Positions 27,341 through 40,477 of a DNA stretch of 64,000 bases are shown here, in pieces (the first letter of the stretch is position 1; every line of letters starts with the position of its first letter). The stretch is from Octopus vulgaris (Eukaryota). Both the position numbers and the translations under genes were made by a program. The notes below the pieces were generated by a model. That model had not been told where the DNA came from. It saw only the letters and a program-made list of their open reading frames with translations, and made no database searches. Where the stretch lies: NCBI GenBank assembly GCA_951406725.2, contig OX597820.1:56234001-56298000 (forward strand), in the 5' to 3' direction.

Positions 27341-28171
27341 AAGGAGGCTTATAAATAATCCTAATATTTTACATAAAAAACTAGCAGAATCGTTTACCTG
27401 TTGGACAAAATGCTCAGCGCCATTTCTTCCCGTTCTTTACGTTCTGAGTTCAAATCTTGCTGAGATCAACTTAACCTTTCATCTCTTCGAGGTTGATAAA
27501 ATAAAGTACCAGTCAAGTACTGGGGGCGATGTAATCGACATACCGTTTTCCCTCAAAATTACAGACTTCAAACTCTGTAACGAACCGGCTTCCTGTTCAA
27601 GTAGAATGCTGTTGTGATCTCGGCGATGTATAAAATTTGGAAACCGTGAAACCGGGCTTGTGATTCCTTGAGGCTCGAATAAAAGTAATTTTACATGAAA
27701 GAGAAATGGGAAACATGTTCTCCATGCTTTCATCATGAGTATTAATGGTTTATATGAGTTTAATAATAAAATTGCATCGATACGGATTTGGGAACATAGT
27801 GCAATCCCGTTTTGGCTATTTTTTCTTATTTTTGCCAGAGAGGGAGGTTTTTGGAGGTCCTCGTAGACTGGAAAGATTTGCTACTTAATGTTGTTCAGCT
27901 GGAACTGTTGCACATGAATATCTCTGGTGAAAGTATGTCAATGAGAGAATTCCTGATGAATGACGTTCTTCGCTTAAATGACTGAATAATTAGAAATTAT
28001 AAAAACTAATTTGTAATTCACCATTACCTTCTGCTGGAGCCGCATGGAGCTTAGGTGTTTCTCTCATAAACACACACATCGCCCAGTCTGAGATTCGAAC
28101 CTACGATCCCTCGACCGCGAGTCCGCTGCTCTAACCACTAGGCCATGTACCAGAGGTACATGGCCTAGTGG

Positions 28172-28333
28172 TTAGGTAGGTAGGTAGGTAGGTAGGTAGG
28201 TAGGTAGGTAGGTAGGTAGGTAGGTAGGTAGGTAGGTAGGTAGGTAGGTAGGTAGGTAGGTAGGTAGGTAGGTAGGTAGGTAGGTAGGTAGGTAGGCAGG
28301 CAGGCAGGCAAGCAGGTAGGCAGGCAGGCAGGC
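28172..28333. repeat. (TAGG)n/(CAGG)n microsatellite
   Basis: Read directly from the sequence. Confidence 0.97.
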
Positions 28334-28396
28334 TATGTATTATTTAGCCACAAATACAAGGATTACAATTTAAGCTTCATTATACCTCAGTATATA

Positions 28397-28616
28397 TACA
28401 AGGGATTGCTGAAAATTCCTGGCTTTGGGTAAAAGAAAATACAGGAGGATCAGTTCATTATGATTTTATCCAATATATCCCCCTCTCAGATTCTCACACT
28501 TATTGCAGCGGTCCTTCAGTTTTTCTAAGCTCTGTAAAAGAACTCGGAATATTGGACATCCAGCCAGACCTTTCGCGACTCCCTTAAAACCAGGAACTTT
28601 CCAGCATCCCTTCGTA
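28397..28616. mobile_element. Tc1/mariner-derived MITE (~220 bp)
   Basis: TA-flanked imperfect TIRs of the type CGAGGGGATGCTGAAAAGTTCCTGG; three copies in the window. Confidence 0.85.
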
Positions 28617-28973
28617 TATATCATTATATTGTTGAATGAAACTCAAAGGTTGTAGCCCTAGTTTTATGCAGTGTTCGTATATTATTTATTTCTGAACAGT
28701 TTCTAAAATCAATCTGGAATTTAGTATATTCTCATGTGAATTACGAAATTGTCCGTTGCCATGTCGTGCTTGTGATGTATAGTCCCCAGGTCGCATTTCA
28801 AACTAAATGTGTTTTAAGCAAGTCTCATATTAAAGTTAAGAAAGCTATGACATATTTTCACAGTTCCTCATGATGTTAATTTGCCGAATGCGTATTGAAT
28901 TTCTCATTCTCTCTCTTTCACTTCCCCAATCACTCTCTCTTCCCCCAGTCTCTCTCTCTTCCCCAGTCTATCC

Positions 28974-29016
<43 letters not shown>

Positions 29017-29976
29017 GTTATTGCATAGTTATTGAGTTCAACCACCTTTTTGAAAGGTCTCGTTTTTGCACTTTTACGCTTCTAGCAACCCTCTTTAGTA
29101 GCTTCGCTGATGACACGATTATGTTCACATGTTGTAGTGGATTACAGTGCTAATAACCATCAGCACTCAAGACAGCCTAACTCTGCATATTCGCTATTTG
29201 CTTCATCTTGTCAGATGATAGCCATATCATATTCATCTCCATTGTTCTGATTTATTTCCATCCTTGCATGTGCACAGATGTGACTTTACACATCACCGAG
29301 CATGCATCACCATAGGACTTTATAAAACACAAAACGGGTCAAGAGAAGTTAATGTGACATCTGTACGTCTCTCTGGATTCAAGTGACAAGAGCTTATGAA
29401 GCAATTTTGACACACTGTCGGTCACCGTGGCAGGTTCTCGTACAAACTTTGCAAGGTGACTGGTACTGTTTTGGCTGTAAGTTTTATGTAAGAATATATG
29501 TCTCTTTGAAGAGCTACCCCTGCCCACGGCTTTCTCAAAAACAACAGGAGCTTCCTCTATTCCTAGGAAATCCATTCGACCCATAGACGAGACCCTGATA
29601 TATGCTATTGTTCCGGTGAAATTATTTGGGAATAATGTAAATTAAAGAGTGACTCCACCCTCCCTACAACTCCAGAAGTCCTGATCACTGCAGGCAGTTT
29701 ATTGTCATGCCCAGGATATACATACATACACACACACATACATACATACATACATACATACATACATACATACATACATACATACATACATACATACATA
29801 CATACATACGCATGTATATAAATATTATGACAGGTTTGCAATTGATATGACATATCTCTAATACAGCTGCATATTGAAGATATATATCTACACACACACA
29901 CACACACTATATATATGTGTATATGTATAGAAATGTATGCATGCCTACATATGTGTGTGTGCGTGTATGCACGTGA

Positions 29977-30025
<49 letters not shown>

Positions 30026-30041
30026 TATTCATATATATATA

Positions 30042-30271
30042 AGGCGTAGGAGTGGCTGTGTGGTAAGTAACTTACTTACAAACCACATGGTTCCGGATTC
30101 AGTCCCACTGCGTGGCACCATGGAGAAGTGTCTTCTACTATAGCCTCGTGCTGACCAAAGCCTTGTGAGTGGATTTGGTAGACGGAAACTGAAAGAATCC
30201 CGTCGTATATATGTATGTATATATATGTGTGTGTGTGTGTGTGTGTATGTGTGTGTATGTATATATATATA

Positions 30272-30309
<38 letters not shown>

Positions 30310-30568
30310 TGTATGTATGTATGTATGTATGTATGTATGTATGTATATGTGTGTATATGTGTGTCTATGTTTGTACCCCCAACATTGCTTGACAACCGAT
30401 GCTGGTGTGTTTACGTCCCCGTAACTTAGCGGTTCGGCAAAGAGACCGATAGAATAAGTACTAGGCTAACAAAAAAATAAGTCCTGGGGTCGATTTGCTC
30501 GACTAAAGGCGGTGCGCCAGCATGGTCCCAGTCAAAATGACTGAAAAAAGTAATAGAGTAAAAGAGTA
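30042..30568 (+). mobile_element. Family-B SINE
   Basis: Complete head, microsatellite and tail. Confidence 0.88.
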
Positions 30569-30691
30569 TATACACACATTCTCGTACATACACGCACACA
30601 CATATATGTAGCCATGCATACATTTCTATACATATACATATCTGTGCGTGTGTGTAGATATATATCTTCAATATGCAGCTTTCGTTTTTCT

Positions 30692-30727
<36 letters not shown>

Positions 30728-30790
30728 TATATACTCCATAATTGAACTCTGTCGCTTTATCTTCTATTATCAGAGCCAGTCAACAATATC

Positions 30791-31018
30791 TATTTCTTTA
30801 CTACCCACAAGGGGCTAAATACAGAGGGGACAAACAAGGACAGACAAAGGGATTAAGTCGACTACATCGACCCCAGTGCGTAGCTGGTACTTAATTTATC
30901 GACCCCGAAAGGATGAAAGGCAAAGTCGACCTCGGCGGAATTTGAACTCGGAACGTAACGACAGACGAAATACGGCTACGAATTTCGCCCGGCGTGCTAA
31001 CGTTTCTACCAGCTCGCC
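30791..31018 (-). mobile_element. Full-length family-A SINE with 16-bp TSD
   Basis: GCCAGTCAACAATATC at 30775-30790 and 31019-31034. Confidence 0.92.
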
Positions 31019-31215
31019 GCCAGTCAACAATATCGTTTACTTGGAAGCCACTGCATGGTCACACGACCTGACCTCCTAGAAATACCAGCTGAATCTTCAC
31101 TCAAATCACAACAGTCACTGCGCGCGCGCGCGCATATGCAATAGCTATAAAGTTTTCTTTTAGAAAATTACTATTTTTAAATCTCACAACGTGAGATATT
31201 CAACAACAGTACTTT

Positions 31216-31428
31216 GTAGTGAAGACTGTTTGCCAACATTACATGGCAGTCCTGGTTTAGGACTAATGTTGCTGTAATTTAGCCCCATGAAACATTGTCT
31301 CCAGCTGGCTCTATGACACAGATCGTGTCGTATAGCCAGCTGGAGACGATGTCTCCTGGGACTAAATTACAGCAACATTTGTCCTAAACCAGGACTGTCA
31401 TGTTATGATGGCAAACAATCTTTACTAT
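31216..31428. repeat. 213-bp imperfect palindrome (foldback / MITE-like)
   Basis: Arms of ~104 bp around a 5-nt AGATC loop. Confidence 0.9.
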
Positions 31429-31521
31429 ATTTTCTTTTATCTTGTTTAAGTCGTTAGACTACGGCCATGCTGGTGCGCCGTCTTGAAGAATTTTTAGTCG
31501 AATGTATCGACCCTAGTACTT

Positions 31522-31577
<56 letters not shown>

Positions 31578-31584
31578 GTGTGTG

Positions 31585-32077
31585 TGTGTCCTTAACTGTA
31601 CAAATATGCATGAAATTTTGATACTGTATAAAGAACATAATGGAAATTAATATGCACGAGTCAGATTTTGCAACACCACTACATCACATGAAAAATGACA
31701 CCGCTTAAATGGCAGTCATTTTCGGCTACGCATTCCCTTGTTCTTTCCAAAACTTGCACCTTAGCACCCTCAAGAGTTTCAGACCCTACTTCTCTGATTT
31801 CTCAATTGATGTTCTCCAGTTGCACCAGGGTCTCCGGTTTGTTGATGTAAACCCTCTCTTTCAGGTATCCCCACAAGAAAAAATCCGGGCTAGTCAAGTC
31901 TGGGGAACGTGAAGGCCAGTTGACATTACCGTAGCGGGAGGTTATTCTCTCTCCAAAGCACTGCCGTAGCAACTGCATTGTTTCTCTTGCGGTATAAACA
32001 GTTGTTCCATCTTGCTGGAACCATGTGTGAGGTCTACTTTGAATGGAAACGACATTGTTGATTAGCTCTGATAACAA
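31585..32077 (-). mobile_element. Tc1/mariner transposase fragment (3' end)
   Basis: WFQQDG...WPSRSPDLTSPDFFLWGYLKERVY catalytic-domain motifs, followed by a premature stop. Confidence 0.9.
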
Positions 32078-32609
32078 CGATAGAGTACAAATAAGGTGGA
32101 AAATCTGTTAAGGTTGAAGATAACGATACCAAAGAGCGAGCGAGGGAGAGAGAGAGAAGGAGGAGGGGTAGATGGGAAGGAAGGGAGAGAGTGGGAGAAG
32201 GAATGAGGGGAGGGAGAGAAAGGGGGGAGAGAATTATAGCTAACTAGTTTATCTGCTGGATAAGATAATGTTATATTTAATGTAACGTGCATTTAACTCA
32301 TTTTCTGTCCAAAACATTTTCATTATTTTATTCTAAATGCCCATGTTTAGCTTCAGACTTTTAGTTAACTCCTGTTTCATACATTCTGAAAAATATAGTT
32401 TCCCTTTCATAAGTTCCAAGTTGATCTGGTGATCGAAAAAAAAAATGAGAGTGTGTATCATATATGATGCATGGACACCAGAGAAATATGCCATGAGTAT
32501 CGTCTGATACACACGACAAAGTTAAAAAGTTAGCTAAGAGCAACTAAATATTAAAAGGAGGAATACTAGTTTGAGTACAAGCAAGAGACAACTCTGGACA
32601 TATATCTGG

Positions 32610-32800
32610 CTTATCAACCCTGCGCGCGTAAGCGAAGCAGGGTTATTGTAGTCGCTTGTCTTTTTGTCTGTGTGTTTACAAAATTACTAGAAAACAGCCG
32701 AATGGATTTTCACCAAATTTGGCAGAAATGCTCAGTGGGTGAGTGGCTCGAACTCATTAAATTTTGGTTTGATTATCTTCAAACCTGGCAGACGGGTGTA
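32610..32800 (+). mobile_element. Helentron-associated (HINE/DINE-1-like) element remnant
   Basis: 5' AACCCTGC...GCAGGGTT inverted repeat, GTCT-type low-complexity stretch and GGATTTTCACCAAATTTGG core. Confidence 0.5.
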
Positions 32801-33414
32801 TAAATGATAAACAGGAGAAATAACTCTTTATACGATTTTGTTGAAATATGAATTCGTCTGAGAATATATTTATTGAATTAAATTTTATGTTACCTCTATG
32901 TGCGTCCCTTCGATGCCCTTTTTTTTTTCATTAAATATATATCACTAAGCAAAGGTATCTAAAACTGTATACTTTGAGGCAATATTTAAGAAGAAAATTT
33001 CTCTAAGATGCTATCGGCATGAAAAGAAATATATAGTTAAGTTAATATTGTCATATTTAGGAAATGAAGCATCTAAAAATTTAACTACAAATTGTTATAC
33101 CGGAGAGAAAAATAAAAAATTTTTAAATTAGAATTGCACTAAGCAACTAGAGAGATATTCGTATTAATAAATTATATTAAACATGTTTGTGGACATTCGG
33201 ACATGGAAAGACTATACGCTGCACAAATTGTCTCAAGAGAAGAAAATTCCTTCGTAAAAGATATGTGGTGTGTTTACACCCATATTGTCCATAATGAGGT
33301 TTTTCTCTCTCGGTGCAGCGTATTGTCTTTCCAAGTCTAAATGTACTCGAACATGTTGAATATGATTATACATAGTTAGCTAGCTAACAAACAAACAACG
33401 TGCACTGATTTTCC

Positions 33415-34260
33415 ATCTATCTAATTAACAACGAATTTGTTAAGAAACTGGGAACTATATTATTATTATCCGAAACTCCTTTCCTCTCACCTCGAAAACT
33501 TTTTCACAACAAATTCCTATGTAATTGGTACCTGCACTAACTGAAAAGTATTTGTAGAAAATTTCATTAAAAAATATCCATTTTTCTGAAAGTTATAAGG
33601 AAACAAATTTGAGCGGTAGATGAGGCGGGTGCAAACTTCTGTACGTATGTCACAGCATCTTAGTAATAAATCAAGATTCACACACAAAATGTTAGTACCT
33701 ACTTTATTGTTCGTTTTGTTTGTTTTTCTGGTTAATGTTGACATTATTACCCGGAAACAAAATCGAAAAAAAAAAAGAAGCTACGGGTGTGAAAAAGAAA
33801 GGTGTAACATTTAGGAAAAATTTTTTTTTTTTAATGAAATTTTATATAAATACCTTTCAAACGGTATAGATTACGATTATAAAGCAACCCCCGTTGCTTT
33901 CCGCACATTTTTTTTATTTTCAGCTTCGTTTTCTACGTGGGTATGAATTAGAAAGATATCCATTTTCCTGAAAGTTACGAGGGAAGAACATTGGATCTTG
34001 TGAATTTTCTGAAGTCCACGCCCCACCCCCTTGGAAAAGATTTTCCCCACAAATTTCTTTATAATCGTAATCTATACCGTTTGAAACGTATTTAAATAAA
34101 TTTCATTTTAAAAAAAACCCATTTTCCTAAAAGTTATGAGGGAAAAACATCGGATCTTGTGAATTTTCCGAAGGCCTTTCTCCCTACTCACCCTCTGTTG
34201 CTTTCCCGAAAATTTTGCTTTCATAATTGTTTCCTACACCTTTTTTTTTTACACCCGTTG
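33415..34260. mobile_element. Unclassified element with direct and inverted sub-repeats
   Basis: CCATTTT[C/T]CT[G/A]AAAGTTA at ~33578, ~33960 and ~34119; 33811-33884 inverted relative to 34058-34130. Confidence 0.5.
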
Positions 34261-35674
34261 CACTATTTTTTTCTTCTTTTTTTCGATTAAACTTTTTTTT
34301 CGTTATACTTTTTATACAGCAGACGTCCCTGCGTATTCCTCCTCCTCCTCCTCCTCCTACTCATTCGTTTGAGGACAACAATACAAGGTTACTGTAATTT
34401 GATTTATGTCGATCCAGGCTAACGTTTGTACGTGTCTATGTTTGTGTGACGTCTTGATTGCATCAGACGAAACATGGTTTGTTTACGACGGCTTCATTGA
34501 AAATGACAGAGAAATCACAGTCGGTGTTCCTTAAATGTGTTTATATTAACATACTATATTATAGTATGTCAGAGACAATTTCGATGAAGAGGTGGTAACC
34601 AGATAAGCGGGGGTGGGTAGAATGTAGTATTTAAAAAAGAAATTAAAAGAGAAGGGGAGAAAGTGTTGAGGTACGAGGTGGACTTTTTTTTCTCTCGTTT
34701 GTTTTTGGTTTTGTTTTTAAACATTGCCACGTTCGTATTTTTCGACTTCTTGATTGTACTTAGAGTAGTCGTCGTTCATGTTATGGTAGCACATACAGGA
34801 CAGATTGCAAAAGCGAAAACACCAGGATGGTTTAAGAAACAAGCTTGAGTGAAGGACAATCAGAAATATATAAGATGACAGGACATGAAAGAGACGGAGG
34901 GAGCGGAGAAGAAAGAAGAGGCAACAGACAAATAGAAAGACAGACACTGATTCTGATTGAGAAAACTATAACCAGAAGACCTCCAAACGCGACTTTCCTC
35001 TCTTTTATATTTCAGGAGTAGTCTATCTAATATTGCATTATTCAATGTGGTCTCCAAGAGCACTTTTAGGAAAATATTGTGATTTAGGAGAAATTTAGCT
35101 GCTATTTCTAGCAAGTCAATACATAAAGTAGGAGGCGTTGGCAAACTTTTCCGTGAACTGGACCGCATAAGACATGGCTCATCATGCGATGGGCCACACC
35201 GCTAAAAACATTCAAGGTAAATTTTCGTTAGACGCGCCATTCAGAGAGTCCCGTGGTCCGCAGGGGTCTGAATGACATGCATGTGGCTCGTAGGACACAG
35301 TTTTCCCATGACTGACATAGAGATAATTTTGTTGGCTCTTGTATGAGTGTGTGCGAAACAGAATATTTATGGAACGGGAGTGAAATAGAGAGGGTGCGGG
35401 GAAAGGAATGCAACGTGATCCATTTGTCGTTAGAAAATCACTTAGACTCTTTAGCGCTATATTGTAAGTCCAGAAAGTCAGAATTGTCGTGCTTGTCTCA
35501 GTCTTGTGACCTAATAAAAAGCCTATCATATGATAGTACCCTTATTGGTGATACTGACTCCAGTGAACCATCATCTTACCATCTATTTACAGCTTGGCAG
35601 ACTGATCCATTAACAGCTGTCTTAACCAGAAACAGAACACTGCATGACCTTGTACATAAAACGTGACACTAGAT

Positions 35675-35871
35675 CAGTGCTTTTCAACCTTTTTGCTGGA
35701 GCGGAACCCCAAGGAAACATTCCACTGGCTCGAGGAACCCCTGTGCAATAATTTAATAGTCTTATGCACACATATCTGCACAGGAGAATTAAAAATTACT
35801 GCCGATTTTAGCAGTTTTGTAACTTCTTGCGGAACCCTAAGGTTCCGCGGAACCCTGGTTGAAAACCACTG
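35675..35871. mobile_element. hAT (Charlie-like) MITE
   Basis: TIRs CAGTGCTTTTCAACC / GGTTGAAAACCACTG; 8-bp TSD CACTAGAT / CGCTAGAT. Confidence 0.92.
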
Positions 35872-36143
35872 CGCTAGATCAACGCACCCAGGTACAATTC
35901 TTCGTGGTGTGAATCAGAACAAAAGAAAACGTTGGGTGGTAGTATAACAGGGAAACTCAAATCTAAAATAGATATAAGCAAAGCATTAGCTTCTTAAGGT
36001 TATGAGACATTCTGATACACAGCCGTTTTGGCGCCGTCGTTTTGGCATCGCTGCTTTGGCGTTGCCCATTTGGCGTGCTGATTCGACGTTGATTTATTTA
36101 ACATCTGATGCTTTAATGTTTCTCCCTCCCCCTCTCTCTCTCT

Positions 36144-36183
<40 letters not shown>

Positions 36184-37240
36184 TTCCCTCTTTTTACTCT
36201 GTCACTTTCACTCCTATCTATACAGGTAAATTTCTGCACGCGTGCTCGTGAGTTTGCCTCTAGTGCCAAAACCTACTGTCGTCAGTACTGGTTAAATAAC
36301 CAATCGGCTATATAGTTAGCGTCCGAACAGATGCGTCCAATCAGCTCATTCCTGTTTCATCTCCTTTTCAGTTACGTAAACGTGATCCTTCAATGTTTTG
36401 ATGGATTGTTCTCTCACACTTATATCAGGTGTTCAGTAATATATGAGGTGCTCTTCAAAGAGAAGGAGGAAGAGAGAGAGAGAGGGGGGAGAGAGAGACA
36501 GACAGACAGAGGCAGATAGACAAACAGAAACAGATAGACAGATACACAAAATTTTGAGTTGTTTGGCCCCAAATTGATTCTGACTGAGAAAACAGTGACC
36601 AGAAGACGCCATTCTCCCAGTTTTCTTGCGGTTTCGATTCCCAGACCGGGCGTTGTGTGTGTTTATTGAGCGAAAACACCTGAAAGCTCCACGAGGCTCT
36701 GGCAGGGGGTGGTGATCCCTGCTGTACTCTTTCACCACTCTTTCTCCCACTCTTTCTTCTGTTGGCCTGCTCGCCTAGCCAGCGGGGTGGCGTCATTTGA
36801 AGGCTAAAACAATGCGAACGCATTGTGACCAGCGATGTGTAACAACATCTGATGGTCTGGTCGGTCACGTGATCACGTGATATATACATATATACTTTGG
36901 GTATCGTAGATGAGTTCAGCAAAAATTTAGATTCAGCTGAATATCGTACTTTAGTTTTGTTGAGGCACCAGAATTTAGTGCGGTATTATCAATACAATTT
37001 CAAAGTAAGGTGATTAAAATCAAAATAAGCAACAAGGATATTCAGAGGTAATGCAGTACGATCGTTTCATGCAACTCTATTTAATTGAATTCTATGTCTT
37101 TGTGCAGCTGAAGATTGCTCTACATTTTAAATTGATGTAATGGTTGCATTGTTCAATTAAATGGAGTTGCATGAAACGATGGTACTGCATTACCTCTGGA
37201 TATCCTTGTTGCTTATTTTGATTATATTTTAATTTCTTAT

Positions 37241-37307
<67 letters not shown>

Positions 37308-37324
37308 AGTGTTATGACAATATA

Positions 37325-37955
37325 ATTTTCTACTCAAGGCATGAGGCCAAAAGTTTTGGGGGAGGTGGAAGTCGATTAGATCGACCCCAGTACGCAACTA
37401 GTACTTAATTTATCGACCTTCGAAAGGATGAAAGGCAAAGTCGATCTCGGCGTAATTTGAACTCAGAACGTAAAGACAGTCGAAATATCTATTTCTTAAC
37501 TACCCACAAGGGGCTACACACAGATGGGACAAACAAGGACAGACAAACGGATTAAGTCGATTACATCGACTCCAGTGCGTAACTGGACAGACAAACAGAT
37601 TAAGGCGATTATATCGACCCTAGTGCGTAATTGGTACTTAATTTATCGACCCCAAAGGGATGAAAGGAAAAGTCGACCTCGGCGGAATTTGAACTCAGAA
37701 CGAAAAAACAGACGAAATACCGATTTCTTTACTGCCCACAAAGGGGCTACATACAGAGTAGACAAACAACGACAGACAAACGGATTAAGTCGATTATATC
37801 GACCCCAGTGCGTAACTGGTACTTATTTAATCGACCCCGAAAGAATGAAAGGCAAAGTCGGCCTTGCGGAATTTGAACTCAGAACGTAGCGGCAGACGAA
37901 ATACCTCTAAGCATTTCGTCCGGTGTGCTAACATTTCTGCCAGCCCGCCGCCTTA
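37325..37955 (-). mobile_element. Trimeric tandem family-A SINE
   Basis: Three units with junctions at ~37489 and ~37721. Confidence 0.88.
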
Positions 37956-38415
37956 TAGTTAATACCATTCATACATTGACATCAATTCTCCGTTCCCAAC
38001 CAGTTTATGATCGTGTGTTATTGTAAAAAGTCCTAAGGCGCAAGCATGACTGTGTGGTTAAGAAGCTCGCTTTGTAATCACGAGGTTTGGGGTTCAATCC
38101 TGCTGCGCGGCATCTTAGGTGTCTTTTATGATAACACCTGAGCCGACCAATATTTTGTGAGTGAAATTGGTAAACAGAAACTGTGAGGAAACCCGGCAGT
38201 GCTCTATTTGTGTTTTCCCTCCTCCACCACTTGACAATTGATGTTGGTTTGTTTACATTCTTATGACTTAGTGGTTCGAAACCGATAGAATAAGTACCGT
38301 TCAACTAAACACTTCAAGGCGGTGTTTCAGTCAGTAGACTGTGGCCATGCTGCAGCACCACCTTGAATCAACCCCAATACTTTTGCCGAACTACTAAGTT
38401 ATGGACGGACACACT

Positions 38416-38484
<69 letters not shown>

Positions 38485-38739
38485 GATGGGCCTCTTCCAG
38501 TTACCGTTCACTAAATCCACTACCAAGGCTTTGGTCGGCCCGAGTCTATAATAAAAAAGATATTTGCCCAAGGCGCCACGCAGAGGGACTGAACCTGGAA
38601 CCATATGGATGGGAAACAAACTTTTTACCACACAACCACACTGCCCAGAATTTGATCGCAGAAATATACTGGTGCAAACGAGCCATCATCCTGCGCTTCT
38701 TTCTCAAAGCTTTTCTTGGTCACTTACTTTTGAATGTGT

Positions 38740-39062
38740 GAAGGCGCGTGGCTTAATGGTTAGGGCATTCGGCTCACGATAAAAGGTCGTGAGTTCGATT
38801 CCCGGCGACGCGTTGTGTCCTTGAGCAAGACACTTTATTTCGCATTGCTCCAGTCCACTCAGCTGGCAAAAATGAGTTGTACCTGTATTTCAAAGGGCCG
38901 GCCTTGTCACATTCTGTGTCACGCTGAATCTCCCTGAGAACTACGTTAGGGGTACACGTGTCTGTGGATTGCTCAGCCACTTGCACATTAATTTCACAAG
39001 CAAGCTGTTCCGTTGATCGTATCAGCTGGGGCCCTCGTCGTCGTCGTAACCGACGGAGTGCT
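38740..39062 (+). mobile_element. Full-length family-C SINE
   Basis: A box TGGCTTAATGG, B box GAGTTCGATTCC, GTGTCCTTGAGCAAGACAC segment; a CpG-decayed relative lies at ~53165-53320. Confidence 0.88.
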
Positions 39063-39419
39063 CCTTCCTTCATACTTTTGAATGTATTGTTTTCTTTTAA
39101 CAAGACGCCCTGCATTGTGCTTTGAGGGTAAGATAGAATTTCGTAACATTTATCTTACTTGGAAAGACATTAACAATGAAACAGCTGCAATAGAAATTTG
39201 AAACCGTGTTGCACTTTTTGTTTGTTAAAAGAAACTTGCGTCTTGTTTACTGCAAATAAACTTAAGGTAGGTATTTATTATGGAAGAGGAGTGGAAATAA
39301 TGCAATGACTAATGCCTCTCATAAAATATTTAAAATATCTTATCGTCGTAATTAAAAGGAAACAACGACAACTTGACTTTCTCCACAGTGAATAATTTTT
39401 TATACTACTTTATCTCAAA

Positions 39420-39818
39420 CTAGCAGTATCACCCGGCGTTGCTCGGGTTTGTAAGGGAAATAACTATATAAGCATTTTTAGATAGTTATAGCCAAAAAAT
39501 AGCAAAAAAATGCATTAAAAATGGAAAATAAAATGATGGTAAATTTTTTTTTTAATCGTTGACTTATCGTAGACATTTTTAGAGAGTTACTTCCCTTATA
39601 TAATAGCGAAAAAATGCATTAAAATGGAAAAAAAATTATGTTAAATTTTTTTTAAATCGTAGACTCATCGTAGACGCGCGCTAATACCCAGAAGGGCTTG
39701 ATATGAATCACGACTATAAGATACCCGGTTTTGGTTAAACTGTACCGCAAAATGTGGGAGTAGTTAGGAATCTAAATCGTAGGAGACAGACACACAACTT
39801 TACTTTTATATATAAAGA
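39420..39818 (-). mobile_element. Non-autonomous Helitron
   Basis: Minus strand begins A|TCTTTATATATAAAAG and ends with the CCCGAGCAACGCCGGG hairpin then CTAG|T; no TSD. Confidence 0.9.
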
Positions 39819-39910
39819 TTATCGGCAAGCTACGTTTCTAAGAGCAACCTTTGCCCACGAAGTCTTCCATAAAGAAATTAATAAAACAAACAAATGAATC
39901 AATAAAATTC

Positions 39911-40030
39911 AGCCACGACGTAAGAGTCACGTGGAAAGCAGAAAACAACAACAGTCAGCTGTTTGCTGTAATTCATTTAAAGTTCCTTTGCACGTTGCCA
40001 CACGTCACTTAGACTGATATCATTATAACT
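39911..40030 (+). promoter_or_regulatory. Putative NUPR1 proximal promoter
   Basis: CpG-retaining unique sequence with GACGTAA (39917-39923), GTCACGTGG E-box (39926-39934), CACGTCA CRE/ATF half-site (40001-40007) and TATAA (40024-40028), ~200 bp upstream of the ATG. Confidence 0.6.
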
Positions 40031-40231
40031 ACAACAGCCTATTAGCGTGAAGAATTTGTTTGCTCTCTCTCACTACATTAAATATTATTAATAAATTCTT
40101 ATATACTTAGAGCAAACAGAAAATTGTTGACTGAGACTTGATTCCTCGAAATTATTCGGATACGGAGACAAACTCTTTGCATGCACGGATAAATTGAATA
40201 ATAAAATAACCTTTAAAGAAACAAGTTAACA

Positions 40232-40477
40232 ATGTCTTCGCACGAAGAAAAACCAGAATACACAGATGACTTTGACGAGTATAATATTAACCAAGACAAA
40301 TTTATTCACTCCAGTCACAGTGGTAAAGGGCGGTCGAAGAAAGAAGCTGGGTTACATACCAACCATGCCGATCCAGGAGGACATACGCGCAAAACTGTTA
40401 ATAAACTTGTTAATAACAGTCATAACACCCATAAACCACATAATCCGACTGGGGAGGGTCAGGCATCAAAAAAGTGA
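40232..40477 (+). CDS. NUPR1: Nuclear protein 1 / p8 (NUPR1-family, Phospho_p8) stress-response protein, 81 aa, single coding exon
   Basis: Translation has the family core: acidic DDFDEYN, then HSGKGRSKKEA..HTNHADPGGHTRKTVNKLVN, matching the remembered human GRTKREAAANTNRPSPGGHERKLVTKLQN and insect p8 motifs. Start context ACAATG; repeat-free surroundings. Confidence 0.93.
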   Translation: MSSHEEKPEYTDDFDEYNINQDKFIHSSHSGKGRSKKEAGLHTNHADPGGHTRKTVNKLVNNSHNTHKPHNPTGEGQASKK

